From positions 45,544 to 109,543 of the forward strand of contig JBEKKZ010000005.1 in assembly GCA_050010435.1 (NCBI GenBank): a stretch of 64,000 nt of DNA, in the 5' to 3' direction. Shown here in pieces: positions 28,016 through 34,906 of this stretch. Origin of the DNA: Verrucomicrobiota bacterium (GTDB taxonomy: Bacteria; Verrucomicrobiota; Verrucomicrobiia; Limisphaerales; UBA11358). The translations under genes were made by a program, and so were the position numbers. The notes beneath the pieces are model-generated. The model had not been told where the DNA came from and searched no databases. It was given only the letters and a program-made list of their open reading frames with translations. Each line of letters opens with the position of its first letter. Positions within the stretch are counted from its first letter, which is position 1.

Positions 28016-28127
28016 GCTGTTGCCATCAAAGTCGGGGCAGTGTGCGGATGCGCCCGCGTGGGCCGATTGCCAAAAAATTACCTTGCCTTTTTCTGGCGTG
28101 TGTCTCATACTTGGGCATTCAGATGTT

Positions 28128-28601
28128 ATGGCCTTAAGTCTTCCCACCAGTAAAATTCTGGTTGTTGATGACGATCCGGTAATCCTAAAAGCCTTGTCGT
28201 CGGCCCTCGAACCCAGAGGCTACGAGGTGTTTACCGCCGTTGACGGTCCCGCAGCCTTCACGGTCGTGCTCTGGGAACAGCCGGACCTCATCCTGCTCGA
28301 TATTTTCTTTCCGCCCGATATCTTCCAGAGCGGCAACACCTGGGATGCGTTTCAGATTATGCACTGGCTCCAACGCATGGGCGGACCCCGTGCCAGGAAC
28401 ATCCCCGTAATCGTCATGTCCGGGGCTGAACCGGGGGAATTCAAGGATCGTTGTCTGGCCGCCGGCGCAGTGGACTACTTCCAAAAACCGATCAAGATTC
28501 CCGAACTGCTGGACGCCATTAAGCAAATCTCCCGCGTGCGTGTGCGTGATGTGCCGCTTGAATTGGCGGCCAAGTCAAATTCCGATCACCTGCGCCTCTA
28601 G
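28128..28601 (+). CDS. Stand-alone response-regulator receiver (CheY-like)
   Basis: ILVVDDDPV, DLILLDIFFP, VIVMSGA, YFQKP receiver landmarks; no output domain. Start trimmed to ATG 28128. Confidence 0.8.
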   Translation: MALSLPTSKILVVDDDPVILKALSSALEPRGYEVFTAVDGPAAFTVVLWEQPDLILLDIFFPPDIFQSGNTWDAFQIMHWLQRMGGPRARNIPVIVMSGAEPGEFKDRCLAAGAVDYFQKPIKIPELLDAIKQISRVRVRDVPLELAAKSNSDHLRL

Positions 28602-28609
28602 CCAAACAT

Positions 28610-28667
28610 CCGGCGGCAATGCGCTCAACTGGTCGGGGACAAATTCTTTGAAGGAGTCGTCTGCCAC
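28610..28667 (-). repeat. tfoX 5'-module copy T3 (start codon mutated to GTG)
   Basis: ccggcggcaatgcgctcaactggtcggggacaaattctttgaaggagtcgtctgccac aligns with 27733-27787 and 27075-27129. Confidence 0.75.
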
Positions 28668-28689
28668 GATGCAAACGTGGGAGAAGATT

Positions 28690-28722
28690 TAACGCAAAGA
28701 CGCGAAGACGCAAAGTCGCAAA
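28690..28722 (+). repeat. Tandem octamer array (ACGCAAAG-like x4)
   Basis: acgcaaag acgcgaag acgcaaag tcgcaaat. A related ttaacgcaaag motif follows each T module (27153, 27801, 33354). Confidence 0.7.
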
Positions 28723-28723
28723 T

Positions 28724-28810
28724 GCCGCAGAGCGGCAACGGAAATTAGCCGGGGACAACGTCCCCGGTTGACGTGAGGAATGTGTCGCGTCCCGGAGGGA
28801 CGATGGAAAG
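28724..28810 (+). repeat. 87-bp repeat, family M, copy M1 (two short hairpins)
   Basis: gccgcagagcggcaacggaaattagCCGGGGAcaacgTCCCCGGttgacgtgaggaatgtgtcgCGTCCCggaGGGACGatggaaag; about 90% identical by eye to 33751..33837. Confidence 0.85.
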
Positions 28811-28814
28811 TGTT

Positions 28815-28868
28815 GTAGCGACGTTCTGTGAGCGTCGGAAGATGTTGACGGTCATAGACCGCCGCTAC
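28815..28868. repeat. REP-like doublet, family D, copy D2
   Basis: GTAGCGACGTTCTGTGAGCGTCGG aagatgttga CGGTCATAGACCGCCGCTAC. Confidence 0.85.
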
Positions 28869-28874
28869 AAAAAA

Positions 28875-28901
28875 GCGCGCCACTCCGGCAACGCGCTCAA
28901 C
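28875..28901 (-). repeat. tfoX 5'-module fragment T4
   Basis: gcgcgccactccggcaacgcgctcaac matches 27066-27091. Confidence 0.65.
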
Positions 28902-28914
28902 GCCCCCGGTTGAC

Positions 28915-29229
28915 TCAGGGTTTCTTCTTTCCTGATTCAACCGCCGTAGCTCTTTCAATAACCACAGTTACATATTTATTAACCGCCACTACGAGGCGAC
29001 GATAATGTTCATGCGATATCATAATTCGCTCTCCGGGCATTAACTTTAACCAAGGGCACGCTTCTATAAGTTTACGATCCGCTAAAGATGCTCGATGAAC
29101 AATCGTGTGACGAAGCTGCTGAAGTTCGTAAATATCCCGACGAATTCCATCTTCCACTCTACCCGCCAAGCCAACCACCTTAAGAAGAGAATGTGGTTGT
29201 GTTATGCCTTCTGCACTTCCTTCGCCCAA
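28915..29229 (-). CDS. Hypothetical protein with HEPN-like Rx4H motif
   Basis: 104 aa; ELQQLRHTIVHRAS contains R-x4-H in a predicted helix. Visibly lower G+C. Lies 6 nt downstream of the preceding gene's stop. The function call is weak. Confidence 0.45.
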   Translation of the reverse strand: MGEGSAEGITQPHSLLKVVGLAGRVEDGIRRDIYELQQLRHTIVHRASLADRKLIEACPWLKLMPGERIMISHEHYRRLVVAVNKYVTVVIERATAVESGKKKP

Positions 29230-29235
29230 GTCTTT

Positions 29236-29754
29236 TCATTTTGCAAGTGGCGGCGGGATGTTCTGTTGGCTCTTCTGAAGGGCCTGTGCCCCGATTTTGA
29301 CCAGAACAAGCTTCCGCAGGGCGTCGGACGGTTTTGAGGGGTCCGGCCCCTTACACATGCCGGCTATGTTGCGCGTAATCTGGACCGGGGTCAGGATGAG
29401 TCCCCAGGGAAATCCCCACCAGCCGAGCACGGCCGAAAACAGCACGCCGCCCAACTGGCTTTTGGTCGCGCAGGAACGGCAGGAAACCTGCGGCGTGGTG
29501 GTCCACCGCGTCAGCACGAATGCCGACCAGACCCGATGGACTTTGTGAACGTCAATGGGTCCGAGTCCCCGGCACTTGGGACAGTTGCCCCGGAAAATTT
29601 CCTCCACCTGCCGGTCAATCACGTCCGGCGGGACTTTTTGGGCAACGCTGAGGACATAAGCGTTGGTGAGGCATTTTTTGTTGCAGAAGCGCTGGGTGCC
29701 GGAACTCAAGCCGCCCATTATAATCGTTGACCCGCAATAACCGCATTTTGCCAT
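29236..29754 (-). CDS. Zinc-ribbon membrane protein, hypothetical
   Basis: MAKCGYCGSTI...RFCNKKC, a second CPKC...CRSC ribbon, then hydrophobic LGGVLFSAVLGWWGFPWGLILTPV. Start trimmed to ATG 29754. Confidence 0.6.
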   Translation of the reverse strand: MAKCGYCGSTIIMGGLSSGTQRFCNKKCLTNAYVLSVAQKVPPDVIDRQVEEIFRGNCPKCRGLGPIDVHKVHRVWSAFVLTRWTTTPQVSCRSCATKSQLGGVLFSAVLGWWGFPWGLILTPVQITRNIAGMCKGPDPSKPSDALRKLVLVKIGAQALQKSQQNIPPPLAK

Positions 29755-29899
29755 AGGCTTATGGCTCCTTACCCTGAAGCCTCCCGGTACGAATGTCGAG
29801 TCAGGATTTGGACGAGGGAAAAGTGACCGATGGTGAGTGACAGGAGCAAAGGCAGTGAACTGCGAAACATGCAAAACACGCGAAAAGATTTTTTATGGG

Positions 29900-32524
29900 T
29901 TATGGCGGACTTAGTTTTTCCCGGACAGCCCTCTGGATCGTTTTCGCACCGGGAAGTTTGAGGTCCTTGTCTTTGATGGAGGTGGCCGGATCGAGAATCT
30001 GGCAACGCAGCCAGGTGGCAATCACCCACGCAACATCAGAAGTCGTGTGGCTGTTATAATCGGTGAACGCCTCCTGCATGTGTTGCTTGTCTTTGAGCAG
30101 ATACAAAATCAACACATGACGGAAACGGTCGGTCTCAGGCCCGCCCAGGAATTGGATCGCGTCATTTGTGTTCATCCCGTATTTCAGAATCAAAATGGTG
30201 CGCAGCACGACACCGTTGTCCGGCTTGCCAAAGTAATCCAGCGCTTTTTGATGGTCGGGGCTTTTGGCGTCCTTGAGGGCCGGAATCAGCGGAACGAAAT
30301 TCTTGAGTATTTGCCCGGTGCTTTCCGGCCCTTTATCGGATTCGTAGCGCTCAATCAGGTCGTTCATTTGTTGTTCCATCCCTTTGTCATCATCGTGTAC
30401 GGCACAGTTCCAAAAGGCCAGCAACATTGCCCGGTAACTTCCCGTGTTGCTGTCTTCCAGGGCGGTTCTCATCAAATCCTCGTCCTTCTGCACAAAACCA
30501 ATTGCCCACAACTGGGGACCGGTGTTGTTGGAAAACCCAACCTCCAAATCAAGCATGGTGCGGATTTCCCGATAAAACCGTTTTGCCGAGTCAAACGCCC
30601 CGGCGGCGATATAGGTTGAGATGACCCGCTCTTCCAATCGGGAGTCGGGATGTTCCCAGAAAAGCCTTTCAAACTCCTGCGCCCGTTCCAGATTTGGCAT
30701 TTTCGCGTACTTCTCCTCGTAGAGAGCATTAATTTTGAGGGGGATTGGGACCGGAATGGCCTCCGCTAGGTTGTCTTTCAATGCTTTCAGCCCGTTGACC
30801 CGTCCCAGTTGTTCCGGGGTAAACCAATCCGAGAGATATGCCAGTGAGATAAAATCAGAAAGCGGGCCGCATTCCTGATGATATCTGGTCAATAACTGCA
30901 CCATGTCATCCCGCTGTTGAGCGTAACATAACGTCCACGCCTGCCATCGCACATCGTAGGGCCGGAGCCAGCATCGTTTGAAAAATAGCCGCGCCGCGTT
31001 GGTGTCATTCATGTCCTTTGAAAAAGGTTGAATGTCCACTCCCACCCGTGTTCCCATGTCGTCCACCATCTGTAGCCGGAACAAGGTGGATTGCAGATTA
31101 TAAACTTCCTTTTGCAGGTCATTTTTAAAGAACGGCGATTGTCCTTGGATGTTGCGAGTGGCCTCATTGAAAATGCTTTTGGCCAGGTCCCGGACACCCC
31201 AATACTGGTTCACAAAAATATATCGCGACCCCATTTGCAGACTGTTCATCTCCCAGCCATAGTTCAGGAGATCGCGCGCCGTGACCGTTGCCACGGGCGT
31301 CAATTTCCCTTCCCCCTGTTCGTAGCCCATTTCCAGCAGTGGCGCGACGTGTTTCAAACCCATCAAACTGGCGTCATCCTCTCCAGCAGGGCGGACAAGA
31401 TCGGCATTGGAAATCGCATTAAGCAACGGCTGATAGTTGGTGTAATCCAGTGAGGTAGGGGAGAATTTCCGCAGCGCATTCACCCAGGCGGCACGGGAAA
31501 TGGCGGGCCATGCGCCTTCGAGTATCCTGCCGCCGCTGACGGTGGTATCCAGTGCAAAGTAAGGCCCGTAATTATACAACCGGTAAATCGTCTTCCGGTC
31601 ATCGTCATACAAGGGGCCGACAACTTCCGTCAGCGCCTGGCCGAGTGCCTGGGATCGTGCATAATAAACCAGCATCGGCATGGCGAACGGACGATGTCCA
31701 GGGTCTGCGGCAAACAGAAAAGCCTTCCGGGCCGGTGGTTGCCGGAGAAATAAATCCCACCAGACATAAAATTGGGAATCATTCTTGAGAGTTTCATTTG
31801 TCGGCGAACTTTTCGTCCACAGATCGGATGCGGCGAATTGTCTGCCCGCCAGGAAAAGAATGGGGGCCCACTTTCTGTCGCCCGACGGGTCCGGCTTGTC
31901 CACCATGGCTTCGCCCAGGCAAAGCCATGCCGCTGACCGGCTGGACATCGTGGCATCCAACGTCACACCCCCGGCCAGACCGGGCAGCGGCGTGTGGCTC
32001 ATCAATCCCGCCAGACCGGGAATATATTCCGCTTCGGAATTGGTCGGTTTTGGCCCGACCAGTTTAAACATGGACGCCATTCCTTCCTCCCGTGACATGC
32101 CGGCCTGATCGGCGCCGGCCCAATAGCGTTGCGTCAAGTCCAGGTCCGAAACTTTTGGGAGAGGCGACCATTTGCCCGCGGACCACATCTGTTTGAATAC
32201 GTTGCGGTAAAAGCCCGGCCCCTCGAGCAGGAGACTTTCGGGATAATGCACCTCCGCTTCCCGCAGCGCCTTTCCCTGTGCATCCAGCCAATGCAAATTC
32301 CAAGTGGTGACACGGTTGCTGTTGACCGTGACCGAATAGGTTACCTCCTTGAAATTCCCGCCCTGAAGATTCTCCCGCCACGCAAGGATGCGGGCCAGCT
32401 CGACGACGAAGAGGCGTTGGATCTTGTCATGATATTCAGTTTCCGGCGCATAGAGTTGCGCCTGACCAGATGCTGCCAGGAGCAGGCTGCTGAATATCCC
32501 CATAAGTATCCGGCGGGATTTCAT
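29900..32524 (-). CDS. Large secreted hypothetical protein (874 aa), no recognisable family
   Basis: Signal peptide MKSRRILMGIFSSLLLAASGQAQ. Long uninterrupted ORF with a helical, repeat-like C-terminal half. No catalytic motif recognised. Confidence 0.7.
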   Translation of the reverse strand: MKSRRILMGIFSSLLLAASGQAQLYAPETEYHDKIQRLFVVELARILAWRENLQGGNFKEVTYSVTVNSNRVTTWNLHWLDAQGKALREAEVHYPESLLLEGPGFYRNVFKQMWSAGKWSPLPKVSDLDLTQRYWAGADQAGMSREEGMASMFKLVGPKPTNSEAEYIPGLAGLMSHTPLPGLAGGVTLDATMSSRSAAWLCLGEAMVDKPDPSGDRKWAPILFLAGRQFAASDLWTKSSPTNETLKNDSQFYVWWDLFLRQPPARKAFLFAADPGHRPFAMPMLVYYARSQALGQALTEVVGPLYDDDRKTIYRLYNYGPYFALDTTVSGGRILEGAWPAISRAAWVNALRKFSPTSLDYTNYQPLLNAISNADLVRPAGEDDASLMGLKHVAPLLEMGYEQGEGKLTPVATVTARDLLNYGWEMNSLQMGSRYIFVNQYWGVRDLAKSIFNEATRNIQGQSPFFKNDLQKEVYNLQSTLFRLQMVDDMGTRVGVDIQPFSKDMNDTNAARLFFKRCWLRPYDVRWQAWTLCYAQQRDDMVQLLTRYHQECGPLSDFISLAYLSDWFTPEQLGRVNGLKALKDNLAEAIPVPIPLKINALYEEKYAKMPNLERAQEFERLFWEHPDSRLEERVISTYIAAGAFDSAKRFYREIRTMLDLEVGFSNNTGPQLWAIGFVQKDEDLMRTALEDSNTGSYRAMLLAFWNCAVHDDDKGMEQQMNDLIERYESDKGPESTGQILKNFVPLIPALKDAKSPDHQKALDYFGKPDNGVVLRTILILKYGMNTNDAIQFLGGPETDRFRHVLILYLLKDKQHMQEAFTDYNSHTTSDVAWVIATWLRCQILDPATSIKDKDLKLPGAKTIQRAVREKLSPP

Positions 32525-32576
32525 GGGCGGACTTTAGCGGCTTCATTCCTGGCGGTAAACGCCAAACTGGCTCGCA

Positions 32577-33119
32577 TCAGCCTTGCGAACATTCCTCCCA
32601 CAACGTGAAAATTCCGAGCGCCCGGGTCCAGCGTTCGATGTAAATTGTGTCGCAGCCGGTGGCGGCGAGGTTCTTCACGTCACGCAGGTGCCGCGGGGAA
32701 CGTGATTTCCGGGCCCAATGCAGTTTCGAGATGATGAGGTCTTCCTTGCTCACGATCCAGGTCTTGAAGTTTTCAAATTTGACGCGCTGCCGGCGGCTGA
32801 ATTCGGTGAGGCGATATTTGATTTGCTGGCAGATGATGCAATTCACTTTGATGCGGTTTTTTCGGTGGTTGAGGTTGAAGAATGATTGTTGGGCAATGGC
32901 ACTGTCCACCGCTTCGCGGGAAATGTCGTAGTCGGGGCTGAACAAACGGACCATGATTTCGGCGTCTTCGGGGCGCAGGGCAATGACGAAGTCAAGATTA
33001 TGGGGCACGCACGGCAGGGCGTAGCAGTTCAGCGCCATCGAGCCGGTGAGCATGTAGCCGATGTCCGCCGCGTCGAGCCTCTCGGAAATGTCGCGGACGA
33101 TGTCGATCTGGTTTTGCAT
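32577..33119 (-). CDS. Nucleotidyltransferase-fold protein (MNT/AbiEii-like superfamily) with degenerate catalytic motif
   Basis: IGYMLTGSMALNCYALPCVPHNLDFVIAL resembles the GS...(R/T)xDxD strand-helix of minimal NTases, but the acidic pair reads NLD. C-terminal KEDLIISKLHWARKSRSPRHLRDV is typical of this family (from memory). Start trimmed to ATG 33119. Confidence 0.55.
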   Translation of the reverse strand: MQNQIDIVRDISERLDAADIGYMLTGSMALNCYALPCVPHNLDFVIALRPEDAEIMVRLFSPDYDISREAVDSAIAQQSFFNLNHRKNRIKVNCIICQQIKYRLTEFSRRQRVKFENFKTWIVSKEDLIISKLHWARKSRSPRHLRDVKNLAATGCDTIYIERWTRALGIFTLWEECSQG

Positions 33120-33395
33120 GCGGGGCAGGGATGCGATATTTCCGGTTTCAGCTTTGATCGAAATGACCGGTCCACCCCGCACCAGGAGAAAGGATTTGGC
33201 GCCGGGGCGCAAATCCGCAAAGTCGCTATTCTGGCATGTTTTTTTCCCAGTCATCGTGCCTCCGCGGGTAATAAATCAGCACAACCCGGGCCAAGCGCCC
33301 GGCAGGTCGCCGGCGTGAATGGCATCAATAACTTTGGCACATGGGGAAGGGTTTAACGCAAAAGCACAAAGCCGGAAGGGGCAATGGAAGGTATT

Positions 33396-33449
33396 GTAGC
33401 GGCGCTCTGTGAGCGCCGGAAAATGGCGACGGTCATAGACCGCCGCTAC
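33396..33449. repeat. REP-like doublet, family D, copy D3
   Basis: GTAGCGGCGCTCTGTGAGCGCCGG aaaatggcga CGGTCATAGACCGCCGCTAC. Confidence 0.85.
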
Positions 33450-33467
33450 AAAAATACTCATGTAATT

Positions 33468-33516
33468 CCGGCAACGCGCTCAACGGGTCGAGCGCAAATT
33501 CCTTGAAGGAGTTCGT
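33468..33516 (-). repeat. tfoX 5'-module copy T5 (degenerate)
   Basis: ccggcaacgcgctcaacgggtcgagcgcaaattccttgaaggagttcgt aligns with the T1-T3 copies. Confidence 0.7.
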
Positions 33517-33738
33517 CAACCCCAACGGGGTTGCGTCATTCAGCCCAACGTTGAAGCGAGAATTCGCGGCTACGTTGGGTTCACGGATCAAAACGGAATC
33601 AACCCTGACGGGGTTGAATCAATCAGTGAAATAACAGGATGCAACCCCGATGGGGTTGGAAATGATTTTGGAACAGATGACCCAGGGTAGCGCGTTCCGC
33701 ACAACCCTGGGCTGAGAGATGGAATCCCGTTGGGATTC
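33517..33738 (+). repeat. Cluster of six short stem-loops, including three CAACCCC-N3-GGGGTTG hairpins
   Basis: Hairpins at 33517-33533, 33544-33579, 33600-33616, 33642-33658, 33681-33711 (cccagggtagcgcg...ccctggg) and 33722-33738 (gaatcccgttgggattc). Confidence 0.8.
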
Positions 33739-33750
33739 TGGCTCACAAGT

Positions 33751-33837
33751 GCCGCGGAGCGGCAATGGAAATTAGCCGGGGACAACGTCCCCGGTTGGCG
33801 TGAAGAATGTGTCACGTCCCGGCGGGACGGTGGGAAA
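33751..33837 (+). repeat. 87-bp repeat, family M, copy M2
   Basis: gccgcggagcggcaatggaaattagccggggacaacgtccccggttggcgtgaagaatgtgtcacgtcccggcgggacggtgggaaag; direct repeat of M1. Confidence 0.85.
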
Positions 33838-33973
33838 GGTTTGCATGTATTCTCCCGGCGTGCGCGAAGCGTTTTTGGAGTGCGACAGTCCTCTGGCGCT
33901 TTTGGGATTACGCTCCCAAAATCAAAAAGGAACCACCGAAAAACCGTGTTGGGGAATCTTGGCAAATTCTCAG

Positions 33974-34900
33974 TTACGGGATCGCTTGCGTTGTGAAATA
34001 GAAATCAATCCCGTTATCTCCTGCAACGATGGCAGATGATGCCGAAGAGAATGGTCTTCCATCTACAAAAACTTGATTCGATGTTACCAGCACTGGAGCA
34101 AATCCAGGGCGTAGAAAACGGCCTTCGATCTGAACGGCGTTTTCATTTAGATATCTACAACGAAACACAATGCCTTCTCCATCGGTGATACTGATTTCAT
34201 GACGATCATTTTTGGGTTCACAGTAAATATTGGGATTGATCTCCCATTTGTTATTTCGAAGCGTGGCTATGATTCTGCCATCAGCCCTGATCAGATCTGC
34301 AGATACGTATAGACCATTACTCGTTCTGTGCATCCAAACGAGTCGCTGACCGTTTATCACCATAACAGTGTGTTCAGCATCAATCGTAGTTTGATATGAT
34401 AGAAGGTTTCCCAAGAATATCTTCACAGCGGTGTGAGGAATACTGGATGGTGCCGGACGGGGATCAGGTTCATTGGCAGGCATCAGAACGCCATGCAGTT
34501 CAGCTTCTGAATCTCTGGCTGTCAGATTTGTATTCGCATGAATAATTATATCCCTCCCGGCCTGTAAGCTACCCGGAGAATCGATGATGCTTTGAGGACT
34601 CAGAGTTGAGTCTCTGCTGTTTGACTGCCCCAACACCTGAGCCGGATTGAAAAAGTAAACGACAACAAACACAGCCAAAGCACCTCCAGCGCGGATTATA
34701 ACATCTGCTGTTGCGTTAATCTCTAATTTCAAAAACCCTGGAATCATTGCAGCTACACCTGCGGCAGCAAGAGCTATCACAATGCGAAAAGTCTGATACT
34801 GAAAAGATGTTGGATTTGGTATAAATATTGCCAGAACAAGAAGCGCACAGATGAAGACGCATCCGAATATGAATGCTAAAATGACTTGGATCTTCTTCAT
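33974..34900 (-). CDS. Hypothetical membrane protein (3 N-terminal TM helices plus beta-rich C-terminal domain), low G+C
   Basis: 308 aa; MKKIQVILAFIFGCVFICALLVLAIF..., FRIVIALAAAGVAAMIPGFL, IRAGGALAVFVVVYFFNP. A/T-rich codon usage unlike the neighbouring glnS. Confidence 0.65.
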   Translation of the reverse strand: MKKIQVILAFIFGCVFICALLVLAIFIPNPTSFQYQTFRIVIALAAAGVAAMIPGFLKLEINATADVIIRAGGALAVFVVVYFFNPAQVLGQSNSRDSTLSPQSIIDSPGSLQAGRDIIIHANTNLTARDSEAELHGVLMPANEPDPRPAPSSIPHTAVKIFLGNLLSYQTTIDAEHTVMVINGQRLVWMHRTSNGLYVSADLIRADGRIIATLRNNKWEINPNIYCEPKNDRHEISITDGEGIVFRCRYLNENAVQIEGRFLRPGFAPVLVTSNQVFVDGRPFSSASSAIVAGDNGIDFYFTTQAIP

Positions 34901-34906
34901 TAAGTT

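Noticed and set aside
27386-28147. A 253-aa ORF extending the tfoX-like gene upstream. Also the repeat-derived ORFs 27087..27503, 27268..27492 and 27823..28029.
   Set aside because: The upstream parts are translations of the F-family palindromes and associated repeats (FDGNSGAPISDPARFYWNLNT...). The TfoX_N homology starts at ATG 27787.
28915-33119. A HEPN-MNT type toxin-antitoxin pair formed by the HEPN-like ORF and the NTase-fold ORF.
   Set aside because: The two genes are 3.3 kb apart and separated by two other genes. The NTase catalytic motif looks degenerate, and the HEPN call rests on a short Rx4H motif.
33255-33973. A possible CRISPR array or ncRNA gene in the 719-bp repeat-rich spacer.
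   Set aside because: The repeats are hairpins of different families with irregular spacing and no constant-length unique spacers. No cas genes are present in the window. No tRNA, tmRNA or RNase P-like structure was recognised.
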